Source of the DNA: Planctomycetota bacterium
GTDB lineage: Bacteria; Planctomycetota; SZUA-567; H5-PLA8
Assembly (NCBI GenBank): GCA_038227875.1
Contig: JBBRPR010000001.1
Location: 256,001-320,000, forward strand
DNA length: 64,000 nt
Direction: 5' to 3'
Below the pieces are notes generated by a model. It was not told where the DNA came from and did no database searches. It saw only the letters and a program-made list of their open reading frames with translations. Below are positions 50,106 through 59,884 of the stretch, piece by piece. Both the position numbers and the translations under genes were made by a program. Positions within the stretch are counted from its first letter, which is position 1; every line of letters starts with the position of its first letter.

Positions 50106-52454
50106 CTATTTTAAAAGCATTTTGGACATCCAGTCCGCGGTTTCATCGGAGACTTCGGGGCTGATGGTCAGCGCGTCAGGTTGCGCTTTGTAGGCTTCGC
50201 GTGCAGGCGTGAAATCGCGATCGAGACGGGGCTGCCTGGCGAGGCGGTTTCGGCCGTCGACGGAGGCTTCCAGTTTAAGCGGCAGTGGAGCGAGAGTGGC
50301 GGCGAGCGTGCTGAGATCGCCGGTCTCCAGAACTTCCGGGACGATCATGTCGGAGACGATGTTGCAGGCGGGGCCGTCGAACAGAGACGCGTAGCCGGTC
50401 AGTCCGCCGCGCGCGATTACGGCTTTGACATCGTCTTCGTAAAGCGCGAGCAGCAGCGCGGCGGTGGCGCCGAGAGGTTCGGCTTGCAGCGCGGAGTTGT
50501 CGGTCTTCATCGGCGGATCGACGAATGTCGGCGCATTGACCGGTGCAAACGATTCGCCCCAGACGGCGACGCGCTTGGCGTCGATGTCCGCGCGCGTTCG
50601 CAGATATGCCAGGACGCTGCGCAGGTCGCGGACTTTGGAGCCGAGGATCGTCTGGCCGAGCATCAGTTCCACCGACGCGGTGTCGACAGCGGACGAGTAC
50701 CAGTAGCGATCGCCGCCGGGTGAGGTCTCGCCGGAGCCGCGGACATCGACGAGGCAGACGGCGACGTTGCGCGCGAGGAGGTCGGAGACTTCCTGCGCGC
50801 GTTTGCAGAGGAACAGATCCTTGCCGCCTTGCGCCACGGCGAGAACCACGGGCAATTTGGCATCGGCGGCGGCGGCTTTAGGTTTGAGCAACAGCGAAGG
50901 GATGGAGATTCCCGGCTCCACGACGAGCAGGAGCTTTTCGGCCGCGAACGCGTCGCTGCTGACAACTTCACTGCGCTTGAGTTCCGGCGCGACCGCGGGC
51001 GTGACGTTGCCGAGTTTCTCCGCCCAGATGCGGCGGAGTTGCTCCTTGCGCTTGTCGGCGGGCAGCGCGGCCAGCGCGGCGCGGGCGGCGGCGAGCTTTT
51101 GAGCTCCGGCTTCCGCGAGGAGTTCGTTGAGCGGCCGGACACGCCAGTGTGTGCGCGCTTCGGGCGTGAGACAGGTGAGCTGCTGCGTTGAGAGACGATG
51201 CTGGAATTCCGTGGGCAGCGGCATGCTCAGCCAGTTCTTGAGGACGGGGAAGATTTCCTTGCGCTGATGCGGTCCAATGTTGTTGCAGGCGGAGTGGGGC
51301 TTGCCGGCGATGCGTTCGTCGCCAAAGCCGTGGACGGCCGTCAGGTGCTCGGCGGCTCCGAAGAGGCCGAAGACGCGGCCGAGGCGCGCGTAGCCTTCGT
51401 CGCCGGCGGGCTGCCATTCGAATTCCCGGGCGTAAATGGTATAGCGCGGCGCATTGGCGGCGGCGATCAGCCAGTTGGTGAAGCCGTCGCGGCCCTTGTT
51501 GCGCAGACAGCGGACGGCATCCCAATCGCCGCCGCCGATCGGATCGACCCATTCCGTCTGACCTGCAGCCGCGGGATGAGTGCCCGCGCCACCGGTGTTG
51601 AAGGGAATCGCGCAGGTGACGCGGCTGTCGGTGGCGGCGAGCAGCGCGGCAATGTCGCCACCGCCGGCGACGGAGCCCATCACGACGATGCGCTTGGGAT
51701 CGACGCCGGCGCGGGAGGTCAGGACGTCCAGCGCGCGGCGCTGGTCGGCGGCCATCCAGGCCATCAGATTTTCGCCGGCGGTGTAAAGCTGCATGCCGGT
51801 GTGGTAGCGCCAGCGGTAGTCTTCGCGCCCGCCGTAGAATTGCTGGCCGCGTTCGCCGTAGCCCAGGTTGTCAATGACGATGACCACGCATCCGCTGCGC
51901 GCCCAGAGCATGCCCATGTCCTGCAGTTCGCCCTGCCACTTGGGATTGTGGTGGCTGGAGACGACGAGAATGCCCGGCATCGCGGTACCCGCTTCGGCCG
52001 GTGCGTACAGATTGGCGGTGATCGGCAGTCCGGGGCGGCCGGCGATGAGCAGATTTTCGACGCGGTACCCGTCGCCGGCGATGGTGCCGGTGACTTCAAA
52101 GCCGGCGCCGCCGGGAGCTCCGCTTTGCAGAATCTCCGGTGAAAGTGCGAGCGCGCCGATGCTCTTTTTCAGCGCGGCCAAGCGCTGGTCGCGAAACTTT
52201 TCCCACTCCGCGGAGGTCTGAATTTTTGCGAACTCGGCCGAGTCCCGTTCGGCGAACGTCCTCACGCGCGTCTGCAGATCGGCTTGCAGCATGCCCGCGG
52301 CGGTGGCGGATTCCTCCGCGTTCAACACCGTGCTTTTCAGCGCGATCAATTTGGACGGGACTTCCGCGGTGTTGTTCATGGGTTCTCCTGCAAGGACTGG
52401 GAACGCGGCGAGCGTGGCAAGCGTGAAGATGAGACGTGCGCGAAATCGAAGCAT
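50106..52454 (-). CDS. Secreted double alpha/beta-hydrolase (acetylxylan esterase-like) protein
   Basis: ITANLYAP, DNLGYGER, VDPKRI; second domain VDVRGSGET, DAKRVAVWGES. Confidence 0.8.
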   Translation of the reverse strand: MLRFRARLIFTLATLAAFPVLAGEPMNNTAEVPSKLIALKSTVLNAEESATAAGMLQADLQTRVRTFAERDSAEFAKIQTSAEWEKFRDQRLAALKKSIGALALSPEILQSGAPGGAGFEVTGTIAGDGYRVENLLIAGRPGLPITANLYAPAEAGTAMPGILVVSSHHNPKWQGELQDMGMLWARSGCVVIVIDNLGYGERGQQFYGGREDYRWRYHTGMQLYTAGENLMAWMAADQRRALDVLTSRAGVDPKRIVVMGSVAGGGDIAALLAATDSRVTCAIPFNTGGAGTHPAAAGQTEWVDPIGGGDWDAVRCLRNKGRDGFTNWLIAAANAPRYTIYAREFEWQPAGDEGYARLGRVFGLFGAAEHLTAVHGFGDERIAGKPHSACNNIGPHQRKEIFPVLKNWLSMPLPTEFQHRLSTQQLTCLTPEARTHWRVRPLNELLAEAGAQKLAAARAALAALPADKRKEQLRRIWAEKLGNVTPAVAPELKRSEVVSSDAFAAEKLLLVVEPGISIPSLLLKPKAAAADAKLPVVLAVAQGGKDLFLCKRAQEVSDLLARNVAVCLVDVRGSGETSPGGDRYWYSSAVDTASVELMLGQTILGSKVRDLRSVLAYLRTRADIDAKRVAVWGESFAPVNAPTFVDPPMKTDNSALQAEPLGATAALLLALYEDDVKAVIARGGLTGYASLFDGPACNIVSDMIVPEVLETGDLSTLAATLAPLPLKLEASVDGRNRLARQPRLDRDFTPAREAYKAQPDALTISPEVSDETADWMSKMLLK

Positions 52455-52608
52455 GTGGAATGGACCCTGTTTTTAGATGTGAAACATGGTTCGGGAGTGA
52501 GAAGGGCCTGTCAAATGAAATATTGTATTTTTGATATACGTGTGCGAATATGTGCTGAATTAAAACTACGGCGCGTTTGCGAGAGGGGATAGGAATCGCT
52601 TGGTTTTT

Positions 52609-52632
52609 CGTGGTCGCAAATTTGCGACCACG
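52609..52632. promoter_or_regulatory. Perfect 24-bp palindrome
   Basis: CGTGGTCGCAAATTTGCGACCACG in intergenic DNA; function unknown. Confidence 0.6.
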
Positions 52633-52675
52633 GTTTTGCGCACCATGTTGAACTACACGGCGGCAACTTTGGCAA

Positions 52676-54061
52676 TCAGTGCATGATCGAGCGCGTGGTT
52701 TTCTTCACCGGCTTCATCAGCGCGCTGCTCTGGACTTGCGCGCCCCAGCCGGGGCGGGGGGCCTGGACGCCTTTGATTTTCTTATCGAGGAACGCGACCT
52801 TGTCGGTGATCGACGCGGCGGCGTGAGCGTCCTGGGTCTTCAGCTTTTCGAACGTGGCCAGCGCCTTGGTCGTATCGCCGGTCCGTTCGTAGGTTTCGCC
52901 CATGTGATAGAGGGCATGGCTGGCGAGTTGCGACTGGCCGTTGGTGTCGGCGATGGTCTGGTAGACGGCGCGGGCGCCATCGGCGTCGCCGAGCTTCTTT
53001 TCGAGGATGAAGGCGACGGTGTAACGCGCCTGCGCGACGCGGCGGTCCTTGGGGAATGTGTCGAGGAATGCGCGGTAGCTCTTCATCGCGTCGGCGTACT
53101 GGGCATCGCGGAGATGGTTTTCGGCGTTGGCGATCAACAGCGAAGCCTTGTCCGTAGCGGCGGCGCTGGCGTGTGCGGGAGCTTCGTCGGGAAGCATCGC
53201 GCCGAGGTTGGCGGCTTCGTCAAAGGTCGCGATGGCGCGGGCCAGCGCGGTTTTGAATTCGGCCGGCGCGTCGGCGTTCAGCGCGTCTTGGATGTCGCGC
53301 AGTTCCTGCGCTTCGTCCTTGGAGCCACGCAGTTCAACATCAGCGGCGTCGGAGTCGACGTTTTCCAGCATCAGCAGACGTTCGAAATGCAATTCGGCGT
53401 CGTCGGTGGTGGACTTCGCTTCCAGCTCCTTGGATTCGGCGAGCGCAATCGAGAGCTGTTCGACGTCGTCGAGAATGTTCTGCGCACGCATCTTGCTCTG
53501 GAACTGCGTGAGCTTGGTATTGAGCACGGCGCGCGGCAGCGGCTGGGGTTTGCGCGGCTGGTTTTCAGCGACTTTCGGCGCCGGCGTGTTTTTGGGCTGA
53601 CGGGCGGCATCGGCCAGTTCCGCTGCGGAGGGCGTGGGCGTTGATTTCGGAGTCGTGTTAACAACCGTGGGAGTGACGGGCCCCTTGAGACTATTCTGAT
53701 AAGCCATGCCGCCGAGCAACGCGACGCCAACCAGCGCGGCTGCACCGACCAGCCAGGGCGTGCGGTTCCAGGGCGTGTTGGGCGCGGGCGGAATCTTGCG
53801 GCGCGAGAGACGCTTGTGGCTGTCTTTGCGGATGCTTTCGCGAGGCAAGCGCGCGGCGACGCGGCTGCAGACGCGCTGCCAGCTTTCTTCGTCGACGGCG
53901 TTGCCGATCAGGGCCTCGAAATCTTCGTTTTCAGACGGCAACAAAGACGCGTAGGCGGCGCAATCGGGGCAGTTCTGAATATGGGCGGCGATGGCTGGTT
54001 CGCGGGCTACGTCGTCGGCGCTGCCTTCCAGTAGCGTGCGGATATCGTTGCACGTCATCAT
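52676..54061 (-). CDS. Membrane anti-sigma factor (ZAS) with C-terminal TPR repeats
   Basis: HIQNCPDC, single TM, TPRs (YADAMKSYRAFLDTFP, ALYHMGETYE); coupled to the sigma gene. Confidence 0.85.
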   Translation of the reverse strand: MMTCNDIRTLLEGSADDVAREPAIAAHIQNCPDCAAYASLLPSENEDFEALIGNAVDEESWQRVCSRVAARLPRESIRKDSHKRLSRRKIPPAPNTPWNRTPWLVGAAALVGVALLGGMAYQNSLKGPVTPTVVNTTPKSTPTPSAAELADAARQPKNTPAPKVAENQPRKPQPLPRAVLNTKLTQFQSKMRAQNILDDVEQLSIALAESKELEAKSTTDDAELHFERLLMLENVDSDAADVELRGSKDEAQELRDIQDALNADAPAEFKTALARAIATFDEAANLGAMLPDEAPAHASAAATDKASLLIANAENHLRDAQYADAMKSYRAFLDTFPKDRRVAQARYTVAFILEKKLGDADGARAVYQTIADTNGQSQLASHALYHMGETYERTGDTTKALATFEKLKTQDAHAAASITDKVAFLDKKIKGVQAPRPGWGAQVQSSALMKPVKKTTRSIMH

Positions 54062-54621
54062 TATTTAACCTGCTTTGACCCGGGCAGCCAAGATGCGAGT
54101 ACGCGTCGCAACGTTTGACGTGCCCGAAATAACCGCCAGCGTACCGTCGCCGGATCGGCCTGAGTAATCTTGGCAATCTCAGCGTGGCTCAGACCATCGC
54201 CGAACCTGAGTAATGCCACCGTGCGCTGTTCTTCCGGCAATCGGGCCAGACACGCATGGATAGCTTCGTACGTTTCACTGCTCTGGACAAGGCTCGAATC
54301 AACCGCCGGCGCGGGCATGCTGTCCAACGCCCCGGTGGTCTGCTCTGTCGACTGCCGCTTACGCTTGGAATGCACCCAGTTGTGGTACGCAATTGTCAGC
54401 AGCCACGACCGGAAATTCGTGCCTTCCTGAAACGTGCTCAAGCGCCGATACGCCTGGTACAACGTCTCCTGAGCGAGGTCCTCCGCGTCGGCCTGGGAAC
54501 TGCAAATGTGCTGCAGATAACGCAACACAGAGCGGCCATGGAGCTCGATCAGCGCGTCAAACGCGCCCCGATCTCCACCTTTGGCGGATTGCACCCACTG
54601 CCGCTCGTGTTCGTCGTCCAC
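54061..54621 (-). CDS. ECF RNA polymerase sigma factor
   Basis: DAEDLAQET, FRSWLLTIA, LPEEQR..GLSHAEIA..TVRWRLFRAR. Confidence 0.94.
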   Translation of the reverse strand: MDDEHERQWVQSAKGGDRGAFDALIELHGRSVLRYLQHICSSQADAEDLAQETLYQAYRRLSTFQEGTNFRSWLLTIAYHNWVHSKRKRQSTEQTTGALDSMPAPAVDSSLVQSSETYEAIHACLARLPEEQRTVALLRFGDGLSHAEIAKITQADPATVRWRLFRARQTLRRVLASWLPGSKQVK

Positions 54622-54847
54622 TTAGCTCAAGGCCTCTCGCGACACCGCTGTTTGAGAATTCTTTTGTACCACAGTAGGACGAGGAGATGCACAAGAATAT
54701 TGCCTGTAATGGAACAGTTTGAATCCTGTACACCTCAGTAGTTGCACATGTTAATTCAATCTGCAGACCGTGTAGGCGCCCATTGTTGTACGCCGGAGTG
54801 CATGGTGAGGTAGTGCTCCCTGAGCGGCCTGTCAGGACATGTATTTA

Positions 54848-56635
54848 CTACTTCCCATGCGGGAAGATCAGCATGAAAATAATCAGGATCACCACCGGAA
54901 CGATCAGCGCGCAGATCAGAAGCCGATTGGCCCGTGCGCCGGCTTCGAGGGGCTTGGCCTGCTTCAGCCGCTCGTGGCGGCCGGTAAGCTGCACGCGCTC
55001 CAGGTTATCGAGCTCTTGCTTCATCTCCGCGGCGGAGGCATAGCGGTCGGCGGGGTTGCGGGCCATGGCGTGGAGGACGATCTCTTCGACCTGCGGCGAG
55101 AGCTTGGCGTTGATGCTGCGCAGCGCGATCGGATCGCTGACCAGACGTACATTCATGATCGTGTACGGATTGTCGCCTTCAAACGGCGTCTTGCCGGTGA
55201 GCAGTTCGTAGAGGATCGCTCCGAGGCTGTAGATGTCCGTGCGTTCGTCGCCGCGCTGGCCCTTTACCTGTTCGGGCGCCATGTAATCGGGCGTGCCCAT
55301 CGTCGGCGAAAATCCGGCGAAGGTGATGCGGCGCAGCCCGGTGGCCTTGGCGATGCCGAAGTCCATCACCCGCAGCGTGCCGTCGTCGCAGAGCATGATG
55401 TTGTCGGGCTTCAGGTCGCGGTGGATCACGTTCATGCGGCGGCGGTGCATGTAATCGAGCGCATCGGCCAGGCGGCTGCCGATGGCGATGGCGTCGGTCT
55501 CCGGCAGAGGCTTGACCTTGCGCAGCAGCTGGGCGAGCGTCTGGCCCTGGAGGTATTCCATGGCGATGTACGGGCGGCTCTTGTTGGGCATCGGGATGAT
55601 GTGAAGGATGTACGGGTGTTCCAGCGTGCGCCCAATTTCTTCCTCGCGTTCGAAGCGTGAAAAAAAGGCCGGGTCGCTTTCGTACTGAAGCAGCGGAACT
55701 TTGACGGCGACGGTTTTCTTCGTCTCCAGGTCGTTGGCCTTGAAAATCGTGGCCATGCCACTGCGGCTGATCACGTCGGTGATTTCGAAACGTGAATCCA
55801 GCGTCTGTCCAACTTGAACTTCGTGTCCCATGGTCGGTTCGGCGCCTTTGATGTGAAAGGGAGTGCCGCGGTGATACGCGACGGGATAGACGCGGTCAAT
55901 GCGGACGACTTGCGTGGAAATGTTGTCTTCGGTGCCGTTCCGTTCCGCCAGCCGGATCAGAAAGCGGCAGGCATCCTGCGGCGCGTAAAGAATCGCGGCC
56001 TCGGCCAGTTCGTCATCCGAAACCACGCCGTGGACGCCGTCGCAGCAGGTCACGACCAGATCGTCGCGGGCGACCAGATGGACGTCGATGTCCGGCGTGA
56101 CCATCATTTCCTGCCCGATGCTCCGCGTCAGCACCGAGCGCAATTCGCTGGCCATGGCTTCTTCCGGGGTCAGCAGGCCCATTTTCTGCTGCAGCCGCAC
56201 GTACGAGTGGTCGGTGGTCAGGCAGCGCGGCTTGCCTTTGCGGATCAGATAACAGCGGCAGTCGCCGACGTGGCCGATGGCCATTTCGTTGTTGCGGAAG
56301 ATGGCGACCGTCAGCGTCGTCGACATCCGCCCGCCGGTGGTGTCCTTCATGCCTTCATCGTAAACGACGGTGTTGGACTGCGTGAAGATGGTGGAGAGAA
56401 CCTGGCGTAACGGCGCGTCGGGCGGGCATTCCTGAAACGTTTTCAGTGCTGTTTCGACGGCGAGTTTGCTGGCGACTTCGCCGCGGCCGTGGCCGCCGAC
56501 TCCATCCGCAATCACGACGACGATGCCACGGCGCAGTTTGTCTTCGGGCTTCTCCGGCTGCCAGACCGCGAGGTAATCCTCGTTGTTGGTGCGGACAGGT
56601 CCGGTGCTGGAGAGTTCAGCGTAGGCGAGATCCAT
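54848..56635 (-). CDS. Bifunctional PP2C phosphatase - Ser/Thr kinase with C-terminal TM anchor
   Basis: RTNNED, ADGVGG, HVGDCR, CCDGV, EDNIS; then VAVK, HRDLKPDN, DFG, GTPDYMAPE; hydrophobic C-terminus. Confidence 0.93.
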   Translation of the reverse strand: MDLAYAELSSTGPVRTNNEDYLAVWQPEKPEDKLRRGIVVVIADGVGGHGRGEVASKLAVETALKTFQECPPDAPLRQVLSTIFTQSNTVVYDEGMKDTTGGRMSTTLTVAIFRNNEMAIGHVGDCRCYLIRKGKPRCLTTDHSYVRLQQKMGLLTPEEAMASELRSVLTRSIGQEMMVTPDIDVHLVARDDLVVTCCDGVHGVVSDDELAEAAILYAPQDACRFLIRLAERNGTEDNISTQVVRIDRVYPVAYHRGTPFHIKGAEPTMGHEVQVGQTLDSRFEITDVISRSGMATIFKANDLETKKTVAVKVPLLQYESDPAFFSRFEREEEIGRTLEHPYILHIIPMPNKSRPYIAMEYLQGQTLAQLLRKVKPLPETDAIAIGSRLADALDYMHRRRMNVIHRDLKPDNIMLCDDGTLRVMDFGIAKATGLRRITFAGFSPTMGTPDYMAPEQVKGQRGDERTDIYSLGAILYELLTGKTPFEGDNPYTIMNVRLVSDPIALRSINAKLSPQVEEIVLHAMARNPADRYASAAEMKQELDNLERVQLTGRHERLKQAKPLEAGARANRLLICALIVPVVILIIFMLIFPHGK

Positions 56636-56967
56636 GGCGGAGCTACACTAGCAAATCCTGTTCAGCGTGGCCAGACACGCTCGCAAAAACAGCACTATGC
56701 CGAGCGCTAGTGATACAAATGGATTAATTAGCATCAGATTAAATCAGACATGAATATCTTCGGTGTGTTTCAACTGGTGAAAATTGATCACTTTAATCCG
56801 CTTTTAACACGCACAGGTTCATTTCAAACACTTTCACAATATCGGACAAACATGAGGCAGCGACACGGGTTAGCAGTCAATTCTTGCTTGGCACAGCATT
56901 TGGATTTCACACCAAAACCGAAACGTAACTCTGTGGGGTTACCAAACGCTTTTGGAAGGAGAGATCT

Positions 56968-59019
56968 GTGGAATCGAATGACGCAGGTTCCGGTGGCTCG
57001 ACGCCCTCGAAAGCCACGCTGGGGCTGACGGGGTTGACGATCAACGCGATGGCGTTGATTGCGCCCGGCGCGTTCTTGTGGCTGACGTATGCAATGCAGT
57101 CCCTGTATGGCGCGCCGATGGCCGGCTCAGGCATGTGGTTTGGAATTGTGGTGGCTCTGGCGCTGTGCTTCGCGACGGCCATCGCGTACGCCGAATTGTC
57201 CAAGCTCTATCCCGGCGCGGGATCGTCGTACTTCTTCGCCGAACAGGCGTTTTTGTCGAAAACGAAGTACGCCAAGTTCGCCCGCGTGGCCAAGTTCGTG
57301 ACCGGCTGGGCGAGCCATCTTTACTACTGGGTCTATCCTGGCGTGATGGTTGGCGTCACGGCGCTCATCGCCGGCTACCTGATCGGTCAGTTCTGGCCGA
57401 ACACCTTCAGCCCCGCGATTCCCAGCCCCCTGTTCATGATGGGCTTCTGCGTGCTGTTCTCATTCGGCGTGGCCTACATTGCCTTCCGCGGCGTGAACGG
57501 CACGACCGGCGTGAACATGGCGATCAACGTCATCCAGATTACCGCGCTGCTGATCTTCTCGTTCATGGCCATCAGCTACCGTCTCAACCATCCGGAAGGC
57601 GCGACCGCGTACACGCTTGATCCCGACGGCGAACCGACCACCGTGGCGCTGCAGAATTTCATGAAGGACAAGAGCGGCGCCGTGGTGAAGTTCAAGGTTG
57701 ACGACAAGGGCAATGCGCTGACGTACAAAGTCGACGACAAGGGCGAATTCGTGAAGGATGAGAAGGGCGCGTTCGTCGCCGATGAAAAAGGCAAGCCGAT
57801 GCCCGCCGCCGAAGGCGACAAGACCGGCGTGGCATATGTTTTCGACAACGACAATGGCGCCCCGCTGAAGGACGACGCTGGCAACTGGATCGCGCAGAAG
57901 GACGCGGCTGGCAAGGATGTGCCGTTCAAGATTTCCTACGCTCCCGCTGGCGCGATCACCAACGATGGCGACCCGGTTGACGCCGCCAAGCCCGACGGCG
58001 ATAAGCAGCCGCGTTTCCAGTACCACACGTCCGCCGGCTCGGTGACTGCGCCGCATACGTTCAGCTACGCGATCATCCAGGCCTGCGTTGCGATTCTGAT
58101 TCTCGTCGGCTTCGAATCGGTGACCGCGATGGGCGAAGAAGCGAAGAACGCCAAGCGCGACATTCCCCGCGCCGTGCTGCTGTCGCTGGGTATCCAGGGT
58201 ATCTTCTGTTACCTGATCGAATACTTCGCCGCGAATTACTTCCTGAACAGCGGTTACACGATGACCACTGCCGCCGGTTCGGCCGCGCCGCTGGGCGACA
58301 TGATGAAAATCGTCGGCGCGTGGTTCTTCAACAGCAAGTCCGGCGGCGACTGGTTCATGCTGGCGCAGGGATTCAGCGTGTTCCTGGCGCTGATCGGCAC
58401 GACGCTCTCCTGCATGAGCACCGGCGCGCGCGTGACCTACGCGATGGGCCGCGATGAAGAAGTGCCGTCGCACTTCGGCATGGTGCACGGCAAGAACCTG
58501 ACCCCGCACCGCGCGATCTGGACACTGGCGACGATCTCCGCCGTCATCGGCATCGTCTGCGTCGCGTTCAACTTCTGCGGACCTGCCGCGCAGAGTGACG
58601 AGACGATCAAGAACCTGCCACAGAATGCCTGGTACAGCTTCGGACTGTTCAGCAACGCGTTGGCGGTGAAACTGCCGCAGAGCATGCTGATGATGACGCT
58701 GGTCAGCAACTTCGGTACGTTCCTGCTGTACATGCTCACCTGCCTGACGGCGATGATCGCCTTCCAGGAACACCACACGTTCAGCGGCTTCAAACACATG
58801 TTCATCCCGATCTTCGGATTGGTGGCGAACCTGGCGTGCATGGTGTTCTACCTGGTCGGACCGTTCATGGTGACGGGCATGAGCAAGATGGAACCGTGGT
58901 TGGCGCTGGGCATTGCGGGAGTCTGGGGCGCGTACGGCGGCTTCTACTTCCTGGCGTCGAGCAAGAAGAAGGGCAAGGCGGTGATGCTTGAAACCGCGAC
59001 GCCCGTGAAAGCCTCGTAA
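56968..59019 (+). CDS. APC-family permease with large repetitive loop insertion
   Basis: IAPGAF, YAELSKLYPGAGSSY, GFESVTAMGEEAKNAKRDIPRA, ARVTYAMGRD, TPHRAI; GGAG RBS before GTG. Confidence 0.92.
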   Translation: MESNDAGSGGSTPSKATLGLTGLTINAMALIAPGAFLWLTYAMQSLYGAPMAGSGMWFGIVVALALCFATAIAYAELSKLYPGAGSSYFFAEQAFLSKTKYAKFARVAKFVTGWASHLYYWVYPGVMVGVTALIAGYLIGQFWPNTFSPAIPSPLFMMGFCVLFSFGVAYIAFRGVNGTTGVNMAINVIQITALLIFSFMAISYRLNHPEGATAYTLDPDGEPTTVALQNFMKDKSGAVVKFKVDDKGNALTYKVDDKGEFVKDEKGAFVADEKGKPMPAAEGDKTGVAYVFDNDNGAPLKDDAGNWIAQKDAAGKDVPFKISYAPAGAITNDGDPVDAAKPDGDKQPRFQYHTSAGSVTAPHTFSYAIIQACVAILILVGFESVTAMGEEAKNAKRDIPRAVLLSLGIQGIFCYLIEYFAANYFLNSGYTMTTAAGSAAPLGDMMKIVGAWFFNSKSGGDWFMLAQGFSVFLALIGTTLSCMSTGARVTYAMGRDEEVPSHFGMVHGKNLTPHRAIWTLATISAVIGIVCVAFNFCGPAAQSDETIKNLPQNAWYSFGLFSNALAVKLPQSMLMMTLVSNFGTFLLYMLTCLTAMIAFQEHHTFSGFKHMFIPIFGLVANLACMVFYLVGPFMVTGMSKMEPWLALGIAGVWGAYGGFYFLASSKKKGKAVMLETATPVKAS

Positions 59020-59048
59020 TCTGTAACGGAAGTTCTGGTGTGCAGTGC

Positions 59049-59087
59049 GAAGCGGCTCTGGCGGAAGTCAGAGCCGCTTCTGTTTTT
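59049..59087 (+). terminator. Intrinsic terminator after the APC permease
   Basis: GAAGCGGCTCTG / CAGAGCCGCTTC stem followed by TGTTTTT. Confidence 0.8.
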
Positions 59088-59206
59088 CGACAATCAGACG
59101 CCCCCTTGCGCAGACTACGTATTGGACCCCGCCGCTTGATCACGATATAGTCATGCATCCTTGTAAATAAAAAGCACGACCCCTGGCCAGTATGGAAACT
59201 CTTGCA

Positions 59207-59815
59207 ATGCCGAGCATCTATGGCCTCAAACCGGCATTTCAGAAACTCCTTCGGCCCCTCAATGGATTTCTAGTACGCGCGGGAGTCACTGCTAATCATG
59301 TCACCCTTGCGGCGTTGCTGCTCTCGTTTGCAACTGGCGCGGCGCTACTCTGCGAACGCGAGGCGCGGTGGCCGTTAATTTTGATTGCACCGGTGCTGTT
59401 TATTCGCATGGCGTTGAATGCGATCGACGGCATGCTGGCGCGTGAACACAACATGAAAACGCCGCTGGGCGCGATTCTCAACGAGCTCGGGGACGTGTTG
59501 TCCGATGCCGCACTGTACCTGCCGTTGGCTCTAAGGCCTTCGGTCTGTCCCTGGCTGATGGTGTCGGCAGTGGTACTTGGCATTATCAGTGAGATGACCG
59601 GTGTGATCGGTGTCCAGATTGGTGGCGACCGGCGCTACGATGGCCCCATGGGGAAAAGCGATCGTGCGTTCGTCTTCGGCGCGATGGCGCTCGCGATTGC
59701 TTTCGCACATCCCGATCGGTTGTGGCTGGAGGTGCTGCTCGGCATCGTCAATGTGTTGCTGATCGTGACCATACTAAACCGCGCGCGGGGCGCGCTGAAG
59801 AAAGTGACGCTGTAG
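59207..59815 (+). CDS. ynbA: CDP-alcohol phosphatidyltransferase (YnbA-like)
   Basis: SIYGLKPAFQ, RMALNAIDGMLARE..GAILNELGDVLSD, RYDGPMGKSDRA. Confidence 0.9.
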   Translation: MPSIYGLKPAFQKLLRPLNGFLVRAGVTANHVTLAALLLSFATGAALLCEREARWPLILIAPVLFIRMALNAIDGMLAREHNMKTPLGAILNELGDVLSDAALYLPLALRPSVCPWLMVSAVVLGIISEMTGVIGVQIGGDRRYDGPMGKSDRAFVFGAMALAIAFAHPDRLWLEVLLGIVNVLLIVTILNRARGALKKVTL

Positions 59816-59884
59816 CAGCCCGTTAGCGAACTCGTCCAACGCCGTGGATTTTACGCCAAGCGGTTCACGGAAAGGATATCCGGA

